This document shows positions 48,901-61,477 of a DNA stretch of 64,000 bases, piece after piece. The notes below the pieces were generated by a model. The model was not told the origin of the DNA. It searched no databases and worked only from the letters and a program-made list of their open reading frames with translations. Each line of letters opens with the position of its first letter. Position 1 is the stretch's first letter. The translations under genes were made by a program, and so were the position numbers. Source of the DNA: Narcine bancroftii (lineage: Eukaryota); the NCBI RefSeq assembly GCF_036971445.1, contig NC_091480.1, forward strand, positions 5,828,001 through 5,892,000, read 5' to 3'.

Positions 48901-51900
48901 GGAATTTTTCTCACCAGTTGCCGCAGTTCCCGCAAATTGTAGCCCAGGACATTTGTTTTACCGATTTTAACCAAGATGTCCCCTGTGAATGAAAAGAAAC
49001 AGGAATTAGGCATCTGATAACCACCAGGAAATTGAGTCGGTGATGTTGAGTGAGGACTAAATATCGGGTCAAAAACTGGGTGACTTCCTTACCCTCCGCT
49101 GACCAAGGCGTTGCGTCTTTCAGAATCAGAATTTATTGTGAATAAGTCATGAAATTTAGTGTTTACAGCAGCATCGTGGAGCAAACATTCATATTATGAA
49201 CCATCTGACAATAATATAACAATAGTGCATGGAAAGTAAGGCAGTGTCTGGTTCATTGCTGGCAGAGGGGAAGAAGCTGTCCTTGTGCTTCTGGGTGCTC
49301 ATCTTCAGGGTTCTGTCCCCGATGATAGCGGAGTGATGAGGGCATGGCCTGGTTGGTGGGGTCTTTGAGGACAGAGGCTGCTTTTTTAGACACCGCCTCA
49401 TGTAGATGTCCTTGATGGAGTGAAGTCTGGAGCCTGTGATGTCGCAGGCCGAGTTCACAACCCACTGGAGTTTTTTCTTGTTCTGCGATTTGGCGCCTCC
49501 TTACCAGGCAGTGACGCAACCAGTCAGAATGCTCTCCATGGTTCATCTGTAGAAGTTTAGAAGAGTCTTCAGTGACATACTGAATCTTCTCAGACACCTC
49601 ACCAAGTACTGCCGCTGGCGAGCCTTCTTTGTGATTGCATCAACATGGAGGCTCCAGGACAGATCTTGGAGATGTTCATACCCAGGAATTTGACCTTCTC
49701 CACTATGGAGCCCTTGATGAGGACTGGATCATGTTCCCCTGACTGCCTCCTGAAGTCCACAATCATCTCCTTGGTTTTACTGATGTTAAGCGCAAGGTTG
49801 TTGGTGTGACACTACTCAACGAACTGATCTATCTCCTTCCTGTACACTTCCTCATTGCCGTTGGTATTTCTGCCGACAACCGTGGAGTCATCGGCAAATT
49901 TGTAGATGGCATTGGACTTGTGCCTGGCTACACAGTCATGGGTATTTAATGAGTAGAGCAGCCCACTAAGCACACATCCTTGGGATGCACCTGTGTTGAT
50001 AATCAGTGAGGAGGTGACGTTTCCAATTCGTACTGACTGTGGTCTTCCAATGAGAAAGTTAAGGTTCCAGTTGTAAAGTGGAGTACAGTGGCCCAGAGTT
50101 TGTAGCTTCTTGACCAACACTGAGGGATGAAGGCTGAGCTGTAGTTGATGAAGAGCAGCCATATAAATGAATTGCTGTTTTCAAGGTGATCCAGAACTGA
50201 GTATCTATTTACAAAGACAGTGCCCCGATTAATGTGTTGTCCTATGGATGCACCTCCTCAGCTGCAACTGAGGGTCAAGTGAGTTTAGTATTCTTTTCAG
50301 TTCACTCCAACTCTCAACTCTTCCAATTTGGTGAGCATTCCCAGCCCAGCAACTGATCAGAAGGAAGCAAGGGGACATTGGAGGTCAAGCATTCCATCAC
50401 ACGAGTTTTGATGCAAGTTCCTCAGGGTAGTGCCCTGGGCCCTTTTATTTTCAACTGCTTCATTAATGAACTTCCATCATGCATCAAAAGTTGGGTTGTT
50501 TCCTGACAAAGCAGAGAGAGGCAGGTACAATGTTTAAAAGTCATTAGGACAGGGTCTGAAAGATATGGGCAAGTGTGACTAGCTCAGATGGTCAGCATGG
50601 GCGAGTTGGGCCAAAGGACCTGTTCCTGTGTCATGCAACTCTCTGATTGCATAAATGTTCAATTCTGAAGCTCCTCAGCAAAGGAAGCAAGACCCAGATG
50701 TCAGGGAAAGGGTAGAGATAGATAGGAGCTTATCCAGTTGGCAGTTTGTGACCAGTGTTGCTCTGCAGGGATCAATGCTGGAACCATTGGTGTATGTTAA
50801 TCAATGATTTGGATGTGAACATAAGAAATTAGTAAATTTTCTTGTGATGTGAGTATTAGTGTTGTCGATAGTGAGTAAGGTTAACCAAGACTGTGACAGG
50901 TTATTGCAACACTGTTATTACACCAGCGACCTGGGTTTGAATCTGGTGCTGTCTGTCTGTATTTTCACCCCATGACCTGTGTGGGTTTCCTCCGGGTGCT
51001 CTGGATTTCTCCCACCCTTCAAAACGTACGGGGGTTGTAGGTTATTTAGGGTATTTGGAAGGCACAGGCTTGTGGGCCAGAAGGGCCTGTTACAGTGCTA
51101 TATGTCTAAATTTAAAATGTAGATGAGGTGGAAAGTTGGCAGATGGAATTTGTAAAATTCCCCTTTGAAAAGTAATGTCTGCAATTCTCTATTTTTTTAT
51201 TTTAACCAATATTTATATGCAAAGATGGCATTTCCTAACACAATTATCAACATACATTATAGATATTAGCATACAAATTATGTTATTGGAACTGGAAGAT
51301 TAATTTTGCCTGCAAGTGTTAAGGATAGATCTTGGAACATTAAATAACAGGTTATATAGAGCAAGAAAGTAATTTCAATTTGTACTAACCCAGTTTGAAA
51401 GATGTTGCATGTCCTTTTGATTCTTGTGCAGATTGGGTCAATCCTAATCTAAATTCACTCACTCCAGCTGTCCACCAGTCAAACAGCAGAAACATAGGAA
51501 GTAGGAACCCCTGTTTAAGCATAATATATTAGTTTTAGATCTAACTCTTTCCCCTTCCATCTGAATGAGAAATTCAATCATACTATGATCGCTATTTCCC
51601 AGATGGTCTCTGACTATTACATAATTTACTCTACCTATCTCATTACACAACACTAGATCCAGGAGAGCATTTTCTCTTGTGGGTTCCTTCACATGCTGCT
51701 CAAGAAAGCTATCGTGGATGCATTCTATGAAGTCCTCTTCCAGACTCCCACGACCAACTTGATTTTCCCAATCTATGTGGAAGTTAAAGTCCCCCATGAC
51801 TACTGCTGTATCATTACTACATGCCTCACTTATCTCTCTATTTATTTCCTGTGCCACTAAACTATTGTTATTTGGTGGGCGATAGATAACACCCACCAAT

Positions 51901-54900
51901 AATTTTTTCCCTGTGTTATTCTTTATCTCTACCCAAATGGACTCAACATTATGCTCTTTAGATCTTATATCATCCCTCACGACTGCCTGGAGCTCATCTT
52001 TGATTAAGAGTGCAACTCCACCTCCTTACCATCCTGTCTATCTCTTTGTACCACCTGATACCCTTGAAAGTTTAATTCCCATTTAGGGTCACCTTGTAGC
52101 CATGTTTCCGTGATGGCTACCCAATCATAGGCATGGGTACCGATTTGCGCCTCAAGTTCACTAACCTTATTTCTAATACTGCGGGCATTCAGATAAAGTA
52201 ACCTTATGCTCTTTGTCCTTTTAATATCTAGTGACTTCTGTAACCTTTTCTCTTGATTTTTCTGCCCATTATTTTTCTTTGTAATTTTCTTAACACTATC
52301 ATTGACCTGAAAACTCACTGCTCCATCTGATTTTTCTCCTCCCAACATTACTTTTCCTATTTTACTTTTCCTGGCCATTTCTTTATCTTCCCTTTTCCCT
52401 ATCACTCTGGTTCCCATACCCCTGCCAAATTAGTTTAAACCTTGCCCACTGCTGTACCAAACATACCTGTTGACACCTTTTGGATTTAGGTGCAACCCGT
52501 CCTTCTTGTAAAGATCATGCCTTCCCCAAAAGAGATCCCAATGATCCAAGAAGCCAAATCCTTGCTCCTCAAAGCCAAAACATACCCCTTAGCCAACATG
52601 GGCCACAGTGACATCAAGCATCAAGTAACACTAATCTCATTTTATTATCATTCTAAACCTTTCCTATCCATGTACCTGTCTAAACATCTTCTATTTGTCA
52701 TAAATGTGCCCACCATGTCCTCTGGCATTCTACGTACCCAGTGTGCAAAATCCAGAATGTATTAAAAGACAAAGTGTTGCCTATTTAAGACAAAGTTGCA
52801 ATAACTTTTTTTTCTCTCTGAGGAATTCTAACTTTTTGGAACTTTTCTTCTTTAAAAGACAGAATCCTTGAATGATTTAGGGCAGAGATGGATACTTGAT
52901 AAACAAGTGATTACCGTGGAAGGTGGAAATGCAGAGTTGCAGTTACAATCAGATCAACTAACATCTAATTGAATGGTGGAGCAGCTTGAAGGTTCAAGTG
53001 ACGACTCCAGTTCCTCATAAGTGCAATTAAATCTTTACTCTTCAGTCTCCATCTCTTGGACCATTTGTTTGAAAGATCAACAGTGTAATTTAATCAAAAT
53101 GTCATTAATGGGTAATTTGCAAAGATAAATACCTGGCTTCAGCTTTGATTCTGTCTCTCCAAACCTGCTCTCAACAATTTTCACAATCTGCAGAAAGGAT
53201 CCGTTTTTGATCAGCACCAAACCCAGGCCTTTGTCTCCTCTCTTGATGAATGTTTTGTAGCTGCTCCCAAGGTTATGGTCCAGATTCTCTTTCACGTCTG
53301 CACCTGGCTCTGCAAAACACAACAGTCTCATCCAAACCTCGTGCTTGGGGCAGAAATAAGAGGTGCAATGTGGTGTGTTACTTACATCGCACTTAAGAAT
53401 GAGGCATCAAGACCCAGCCCAGTCTCTCTTTTCCCCCTTTCTATTGGGCAGAGGATACACGAGCTTGAAAACATGAACCTCTAGATTCAAGGACAGTTCA
53501 TTTCCTGCGGTTATCAAGCTCTTAAATAGTTCTGTTATTGATAACGATTCCCTAAGACCACTCTGATCTAAAGGGGTGGTAGGGTTGCAGTTAGCGCAAT
53601 GCTGTTACAGCGCCAGAGATCGGGACTGGGGTTTGAATCCAGTGCTGTCTGTAAGGAGTTTGTACGTTCTCCCCGTGTCTACAAAAGTTTCCTTCACGTG
53701 TTCCAGTTTCCTCTCACTGTTCAAAACGTCAGAATCAGAATTTATTGTTCATTTCCCACTCAACCCCGCTGCCCAACCTTTGATGCTCTGGCTAATAAAG
53801 AACCTATCAATCTCTGTTTTAAATACATCCAATGACCCAATCTCCACAACCGCCTGTGGCCACAGATTTACCACTCACTGGTTGAATAAATTCCTCTGCA
53901 TCTCTGTTCTAAGTGGCTGCCCTTCAATCCTGTTGTGCCTTCTTGTCCTAGACTCTCCCACCATAAGAAAAAACTTTTTTCCATCTACTCTGTCCATGCC
54001 TTTCAACATTTGAAATGTTTCAATGAGGACCCCTCCCCCCTCATTATCCTGAAATCCAAGGAGTACATTCCAAGAGCCGTCTTCACGTGATAACCCTTTC
54101 ATTCCCACAATTATCCTTGTGAACCTCCTTGGAACCCTCTAATGTCAGCACATCCTTTCTTATATGAGGAACCCAAACCTCCTCACAATGAGATCTCACC
54201 AGTGCCTTAAAACTTCAATGTCACATCCCTGCTCTTATATTCTATTCCTCTTGAAATCAATGCCAGCGTTGCATTTGCCTTCTTCACCACCGACTCAACC
54301 TGCAAGTTTACCTTCAGGCTGTCCTGCACAAGGACTACCAGGTCCCTTTGCATCTGGGAATTTTCAATTTTCTCCCCATTTAGAAAATAATCTGCCCATT
54401 TATTTTTTCCACCAAAGTGCACGATCGTACACTTTCCAACATCGTATTTCATTCGCCACTTCTCTGCCCCTTCTTTTGCCAGGGAATGTGGAATTGCTCC
54501 CATAGGGAGAGTCTGAAGGGAAGAACAGAGAGACATTTCAGGACAAGACGCATAAATGGACAAGAGAGAGTAGGAAGGAAATGCTGAGCTGGTGAAATTA
54601 GGTGCAGTAGAACAGTGCACGTGTGAAGCAAAAATACCCACAGACCCATGGAAGGTTTCCTGTGCTATAGATGCCTTGTAATTCCATACAAGGCAAAGTA
54701 CTGACAAGTCCCCAAGAAAACCATTTGTTACAGGGCTCAGTGACACTGTAGTCAGTTTCAGGGAGATCAGGTGACCAAAAACTTAGAGCGAGATTTTGAA
54801 GTGTTTCAAAGAAGGGGGAATGGTGTTAAGTTTCAGGGAGGGAATTCCACAGTTCAGAAATGCCTCTTGATAGTGAAGAAAATTGGGCAGGGGCCCAGAA

Positions 54901-55987
54901 CCAGTCATGTGCCTTGGATCGCTGCATTCAAAGGCCAGGTGAGGGGAGGGCAGGGGTCCCAGATTTGGAGGACATGGAGGGATCTGACGAGGTTGAGAAT
55001 TTGAGGTGTTCCCCAGCAGCATGATGTGAGGCCTTTGTCTGCGGAACCTTGCGCTGGTCTGCTGCTGTACTCCTCCTCAGCAGGGGGAGAAGGGCTGTTC
55101 TCCCACTCTGATATTCCTGCATCGGTCCACTGCTACCTTGGAACCCACACTGCTACCTTGGGCACCAGTCTCCAGGGATCTTTGATGTCGAACCCGCTGT
55201 CGGCCTCATTCCAAGGGCAATGTAAACCAGTCTTGTGCTAGTGGAGAAACACTGTGGCCCTGCTTCCCACTATTTAGAGCTGCTGCATCTAGGCTGTCAG
55301 ACTCTCGGTCTCCACCTCCCCCTCAGGCAGTGTGCTTCAGATTCAAACCTCCCTCTGGGAGGAAATATATCCCCTTTAAATTCCTCAACCTTATTTTTTC
55401 ATACCAGAGCCCAGCAGCAGAGTGGAGCAATGGATGGAGTTGCTGCCTTACAGTTCCAGAGACCTGTGTTTGATCCTGAGCTCCGGCCCTGGTGTGTGCT
55501 CTTAGCATGTTTCCCCTGTGACTGGGTGAGTTTCAGCCGGGGTACTCAAAGTTGACGCTAGGCAGGGGCCTGGAGGTGAGGCTGTGGCCTGGATCCCAGT
55601 GGTGGTGAGGCTGGCGCAGAAGCTAGAGGATGTGAGGCCAGGCCAGGGCCTGGAGGAGGTGAGGATGGGGCAGGATCTGGGGGAGTTGGTGGCTGGGGCC
55701 TGGAGGAAGAGGAATACAGAGCTGGAACCTCACCTCCAGGTTAGTGCCCTCAGAGTTACACAGCCCTTCGGCCCAACTTGTCTATACCAACCATGTTGGC
55801 ATTCTGGGTATCTGTCCAAGTATCTCCTGTTGAACCCTGTCCCACATTTTGGCCTACACTTCTGCGATGCTTTCCCATGCTTGTAACTGCTCAACGGGTG
55901 CAGGGGACAGTAATGGGATTCCCAACCTCTGCCTCCATCCTTTCACACACCTCTCACTGGCCGTGTGTTCCAGTCAGCGTCCTCCAT
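45903..55987 (-). CDS. PDZD9: PDZ domain-containing protein 9, ~368 aa
   Basis: Solid exons: 53309-53133 (GDKGLGLVLIKNGSFLQIVKIV...KLKPG, PDZ GLGL loop), 48982-48808 (DILVKIGKTNVLGYNLRELRQLV...QIIVYRNY) and 46620-45903 (SRTWHASRKNRNVLIVGSHVDCDIVLHR...SSSSSSSD.W). These match motifs I recall from mammalian PDZD9, which is also tail-to-tail with UQCRC2. Candidate exon 1 at 55987-55951 (CCACCATGG, MEDADWNTRPVR, phase 1) keeps the frame (1107 nt total) but is less certain. Confidence 0.85.
46730..48665 (-). mobile_element. Internally deleted L1/Tx1-clade LINE
   Basis: APE remnants DVAFLQETHL, SKARGVAIL and GGNFNFCLDP; IWDIFKAYFRG; C-terminal FWVE...LFLLGD...CIAFNWKS; T-rich 3' end at ~46730. The RT core is not seen. 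Confidence 0.8.
49120..50200 (-). mobile_element. Rex1/Babar-type LINE fragment
   Basis: [38 protein letters not shown]. Confidence 0.85.
51490..52480 (-). mobile_element. CR1-type LINE, AP-endonuclease region
   Basis: LYLNARSIRNK, VAITETWL, GVIYRPPN, VMGDFN, LLDLVL and SDH motifs. Confidence 0.85.
53750..54475 (-). mobile_element. CR1-type LINE 3' fragment
   Basis: EKWRMKYDVGKCTIVHFGGKN...VKKANATLALISRGIEYKSRDV. Confidence 0.85.
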
Positions 55988-56085
55988 GGTGGGCCAGGGA
56001 TCCCATCAGGATGTGGACCAAGTGAATGTGCAGGGAGCCAGCCGGCTCTCTGTCCACTGCAGCCCACTCAAAGTACAATTCCCTG

Positions 56086-56100
56086 ATCTCCCGTGGCAAC
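56086..56100 (-). promoter_or_regulatory. Possible RFX X-box upstream of the candidate PDZD9 exon 1
   Basis: ATCTCCCGTGGCAAC has one perfect GGCAAC half-site and lies ~100 bp upstream of the candidate ATG. Confidence 0.35.
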
Positions 56101-56647
56101 GGAGAGCAAGCAGATGAAGATTCTAGAATGCTGCTGGTGCAGGAGGGGGGATAGTTGAGGGCAACATCTTATTCTGCTAAATCCAAAAGAACGTAAAAAA
56201 TAGGACAGGAGTGGGTCATTTGGTCTGTTAAACCCGTTCGCCCATTCAATAAGATCATGGCTGTTGACTCAATTCCACCTACCTGCCTTTTCCCCATAAC
56301 CTGTAATTCCCATAATTCTCCTCCTAGGCAAAAATCTATCACCCTCTGTCAAAAATACATTTATTGAGGCAGCGTCTATTGTTTCCTTGGACAGTGAATT
56401 CCAAAGATTCACCACTCTCTGGGAGTAAGCATTTCCTCCTCTGTGATTAGTAAGGGATTGCTTAAGGTGGTATGGGGGTGGAAAGAAAAAGGTTGAAAAC
56501 CACTGTTTTGACTTGTTATGTGCACGGTTTCATAGCTCCAAAGGAAATGGGCCAATGACAATGTTTCTCAAGCCAAATATTTCAGTAACAATTGGGTTGA
56601 GAGCAGTGATTCTCAACCTTCCCTTCCCACTCACATCTCACCTTAAG

Positions 56648-58260
56648 TCTTCTTCGCGGTCGAAGATTTATGGAGGGGTAATGTCCACTTCAGCTGCAGG
56701 CTCGTTTGTGGCTGACAAGTCCGATGTGGGACAGGCAAACACGGTTGCAAAGGAAAATTGATTGGTTGGGGTTGGGTGTTGGGTTTTTCCTCCTTTGTCT
56801 TCTGTCAGTGAGGTGGGCTCTGGGGTTTTCTTCAAAGGAGGTTGCTGCCCGCCAAACTGTGAGGCGCCAAGATGCACGGTTTGAGGCGAGATCAGCCCAC
56901 TGGCGGTGGTCAATGTGGCAGGCACCAAGAGCTTTCTTTAGGCAGTCCTTGTACCTCTTCTTGGTGCACCTCTGTCTCGGTGGCCAGTGGAGAGCTCGCC
57001 ATATAACACGATCTTGGGAAGGCGATGGTCCTCCATTCTGGAGACGTGACCTACCCAGCGCAGTTGGATCTTCAGCAGTGTGGATTCGATGCTGTCGGCC
57101 TCTGCCATCTCGAGTACTTTGATGTTGGAGATGAAGTCGCTCCAATGAATGTTGCGGATGGAGCGGAGACAACGCTGGTGGAAGCGTTCTAGGAGCCGTA
57201 GGTGATGCTGGTAGAGGACCCATGATTCGGAGCCGAACAGGAGTGTGGGTATGACAACGGCTCTGTATACGCTAATCTTTGTGAGGTTTTTCAGTTGGTT
57301 GTTTTTCCAGACTCTTTTGTGTAGTCTTCCAAAGGCGCTATTTGCCTTGGCGAGTCTGTTGTCTATCTCGTTGTCCATCCTTACATCCGATGAAATGGTG
57401 CAGCCGAGATAGGTAAACTGGTTGACCGTTTTGAGTTTTGTGTGCCCGATGGAGATGTGGGGGGGGGGGGGCTGGTAGTCATGGTGGGGAGCTGGCTGAT
57501 GGAGGACCTCAGTTTTCTTCAGGCTGATTTCCAGGCCAAACATTTTGGCAGTTTCCGCAAAACAGGACATCAAGCGCTGAAGAGCTGGCTCTGAATGGGG
57601 AACTAAAGCGGCATCGTCTGCAAAGAGTAGTTCATGGACAAGTTGCTCTTGTGTCTTGGTGAGAGCTTGCAGGCGCCTCAGATTGAAGAGACTGCCATCC
57701 GTGCGGTACCGGATGTAAACAGCGTCTTCATTGTTGAGGTTTTTCATGGCTTGTTTCCGCATCATGCTGAAGATTGAAAAGAGGGTTGGTGCGAGATCGC
57801 AGCCTTGCTTCACGCCATTGTTAATGGAGAAGGGTTCAGAGAGCTCATTGCTGTATCTGACCCGACCTTGTTGGTTTTTGTGCAGTTGAATAACCACGTT
57901 GAGGAACTTTGGGGGGCATCCGAGGCGCTCTAGTATTTGCCAAAGCCCTTTCCTGCTCACGGCGTCGAAGGCTTTGGTGAGGTCAACAAAGGTGATGTAG
58001 AGTCCTTTGTTTTGTTCTCTGCACTTTTCTTGGAGCTGTCTGAGGGCAAAGACCATGTCAGTAGTTCCTCTGTTTGCGCGAAAGCCGCACTGTGATTCTG
58101 GGAGAACATTCTCGGCGACACTAGGTATTATTCTATTTAGGAGAATCCTCGCAAAGATTTTGCCTGCAATGTGATTCAGCGTGATTCACCTGTAGTTTGA
58201 GCAGTCTGATTTCTCACCTTTGTTTTTGTACAGGGTGATGATGATGGCATCACGAAGGTC
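56648..58260 (-). mobile_element. RTE-clade LINE, 5'-truncated, with a largely intact RT, inserted in a hAT-like MITE (56604-56647 and 58261-58319)
   Basis: 372-aa ORF with FVDLTKAFD, GVKQGC.LAPTLF, LLFADD, FTYLG and QLRWVGHV.RM; short GAAGAA-type tail. Confidence 0.92.
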
Positions 58261-58366
58261 ATCACAGATCACTGATGGCATAGGGATGTGAGTGGAAAGA
58301 AAAAGGTGGAGAACCACTGGGTTATCCAGAGGTCCAGTAATGCGGGTTCCTGACTGAGCTCCAGTG

Positions 58367-58369
<3 letters not shown>

Positions 58370-58432
<63 letters not shown>
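58370..58432. repeat. (GT)n microsatellite
   Basis: About 31 GT units. Confidence 0.97.
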
Positions 58433-58434
<2 letters not shown>

Positions 58435-58896
58435 AGTTCACACTCTCTCCCTATGACCATGTTCTTGATCCATCTACCTTGGGGTGCCATTTTACAGCAT
58501 CAGTCCCATTGATGAGATGAGAGTTTCCTGCCAGACAAGTGCACTGCAAGTCTTGCTTTGTCAGAGCTTCACAGGCATGTAAAATAAAATTACCGTAATG
58601 AGCAGACCAGTAGCTATTCTCACACATAGTACAAGTAAGACACAGTTTAGAAAATGATGAGAGGCGCAGAGAGAAGTCCGAATTTTTATCCCAGGGTGGA
58701 AATGCCAAGTATGAGAAGGCATTGGTATTAAGGCAGTGGTTCTAAACTTTCCCTTCCCACCCACATCCCACCTTCAGCAACCCTTACTAATCACAGAGAA
58801 TCGATGGGAGGAGGTGGAAAGAAAAAGGCGGGGAACCATTGGGCTGTCTTTTAGATTTATTTTAAATGACATCCATCACATATAACCCTGAGATCA

Positions 58897-59096
58897 NNNN
58901 NNNNNNNNNNNNNNNNNNNNNNNNNNNNNNNNNNNNNNNNNNNNNNNNNNNNNNNNNNNNNNNNNNNNNNNNNNNNNNNNNNNNNNNNNNNNNNNNNNNN
59001 NNNNNNNNNNNNNNNNNNNNNNNNNNNNNNNNNNNNNNNNNNNNNNNNNNNNNNNNNNNNNNNNNNNNNNNNNNNNNNNNNNNNNNNNNNNNNNNN
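58897..59096. other. Assembly gap (200 N)
   Basis: Run of N. The round length suggests a scaffolding placeholder, so the true distance is unknown. Confidence 0.99.
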
Positions 59097-59448
59097 TCTG
59101 TTGGCCATCTGTTCCAAGTGTCTTCCTTTGCTCAGTCTTCAGAATAATTAGGGGCTCTTGAGAGAGTTGAAATTCTCGTGTGTTAATGTTCTGAGCTGAT
59201 GTTTGATCAATTAAACATTAATTCAGTTTTCTGTTTCTATTAACCAGAGCAATTTGTCAAATTTTAGTTGGAGAAACTTTAATGTAGCTGATGAACTTGC
59301 ATGGTTAATACTGTACTCTAGCATTCCACAGTTTGTGGTCCATGGATCACTGACAGTCCATGGTCTTGTTATAGGTTTGCAGCGATGCAGCAAAGGCAAA
59401 TATCACTGATCTAATAAACAAATAGCATGTAAAGCAAAGTTATAAATT

Positions 59449-59616
59449 TTTTTGTAACTTTTTATTTATCGCACTATGAATCAGATCAACAAAAATATGT
59501 ACAAATGTTTCTCATTAAATATACACAGTGATATTTTCCCTCTTCTCCCCTACCCTCCCTCTCCCCTTCCCACCCCCCTCCAAAACCAATAAATATTAAA
59601 CATATAAAATACAAAA
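59449..59616 (-). mobile_element. 5'-truncated L1-like 3' end
   Basis: Same family as 18138-18421; 14-bp TSD CAAAGTTATAAATT. Confidence 0.75.
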
Positions 59617-60369
59617 CAAAGTTATAAATTCCACGACAAATAAAAACATGCAAAGAATTTTTGCAACAAAAGTCCTGTCAATGGTCTGAGAAGGGGATTG
59701 AGCTCACCAGCCAGCCCCCTCAGCCCCCCACACTGATGGCCTGTGGTTTGTTCTTGGTGGTCTGCAATAAGTAAAAGAACCACTTGTGCAGTAGATTCAA
59801 GTTCCTTTTAATTGAACTATACAGATTACTGCTAAATTCTGGATGCTGTTAACAACCTTTGTAGATTTAAATTTTTTTAAACAATACAGCATGACCCACG
59901 GAACCTGTGCCACCCAATTAACCTGCCAACCCTGTTTGTGTATGGACTGTGAGGAAACCGGAAGACCTGGGGAAAAACTTTCACAGGGAGAATACAAACT
60001 TCTTACAGACAGTGCTGGATTTGAACCTGGGTCACTGGCTCTGCGATAGCATTATGCTAATTGCTATTTGTTATTTGATGCTTTTGTAATGTAAATTTCA
60101 TTGTTTTATATGTAAATAGTTACAAAAACATCTTAAAAAGAAATCCATTGGATTTAAATTCATAAATGTTTCATGAAAATAATGACCGGTGGCTTTGATA
60201 TCCACCATCTTGAATTTCTTTGAGAAACTGGTTGTGTCTCACATTAGCTTTAGCCTACCAGGTAGCATGGGGAGGGGGAGGGAGGGGGGAGGGGGAGGGA
60301 GGAGGGTAGCCCTAGGATGTGCAAGAACTGTAGATAGGGTGGTCAAGGGGCTGCACAGTAATGCTCCGG

Positions 60370-60780
60370 TTCATTGGGTGGGGTATTCACTATAAATGTA
60401 TGCAGTAATGTAAAACTTTGGCCAGGCTACCCTTGGAATACTGTGTGCAATTTGGTTGTCCCATTACAGTAAGGATAGGAAGGCTTTGAAAAGGGTACAG
60501 TAAAGATGGACCAAGATGTTGCCTCGATTAGAAGGTATGAGTTGAAGGAAATGATTGGACAAACATGGGTGAATTTTGTTTGGAACAGAAAAGGCTGAGG
60601 AGAAACCTGCTAGAAGTTTAAAAATCATGAGGAGGCATTGATAGGGTGGACAGTCTGAAAGAATTCCCCAGGATTAAAGAGTCACACACGAGAGGACATG
60701 TTTAAGGTAAGAGGGAAGGAAGTTTAAGGTAGAGTGTGCGGCAAATGTTTCACATAGAGTGGTGGGAGCCTGGAATGGTT
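60370..60780 (+). mobile_element. Degenerate CR1-type LINE fragment
   Basis: TTGGAATACTGTGTGCAATT...CCATTACAG.AAGGAT and TRGH-like sequence. Confidence 0.65.
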
Positions 60781-61477
60781 CAAAAATGTTCAAAGCTTCC
60801 TTTTATTGTCACATAATAATACATTAAAAATATAATGCATATGATATACTTCAACTCTTGATTGTTTTAAGGCAGACGGAGTCTCCATGAGCATTGCCTG
60901 GTGCCCCCAACTATAGGAGAAAGAAGCCTTCAGCATCTGAGGTCCCTCCTTGCCCTTGGCTCCCTTTCAAATCCTGGTTCCAATACCAGTTTCCAGCAGC
61001 CCACAGCCTGTGAGTCCTTCGACCTCTAGTCACAACAACGTGCAGCCAGTCGGGGTCCTTCTGCTCCTGTGCCCCTCACTGGTCTGCTGCTGTGGTCACT
61101 GTCCTGTAGGGTCTTGAATGGACTGTTAGGAGTAGTGGTGGAAGCTATTACAATTGTAGTGAAACATGAAAGTCTGTAGAAGCTGTGATTGTACTAAACA
61201 CACCAAAATGTTTGAATGACCCCTTCTTCAAGGAATAAGCCAGAAGTGTAAATCTCAAAGTCTTAGAATTCAAAAATGAATGAGGAAACCAGACCAAAAA
61301 AATGGTGTTAATTGCATGTGTTAAGGGGCGAGGTAAAAATTTGTCATGCTTGTGCGAAAGGAAATGGAATGGAGACATGTTTGTGCATACCTGTATTGTA
61401 CTATGTTCTTGGACTTCTGTTAGACTCATGAGCCCCTTTCACACTGGCAGTTTGTCCTAGTAATTGATAGCCAATCT

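Noticed and set aside
55540-55740. Extra PDZD9 exon (pyrimidine tract plus AG on - near 55700)
   Set aside because: No convincing in-frame donor was found, the sequence is low-complexity, and the four-exon model is already in frame.
58451-58708. Cys-rich 85-aa ORF beside the gap
   Set aside because: No clear splice signals or domain pattern, and it is flanked by MITEs and a microsatellite.
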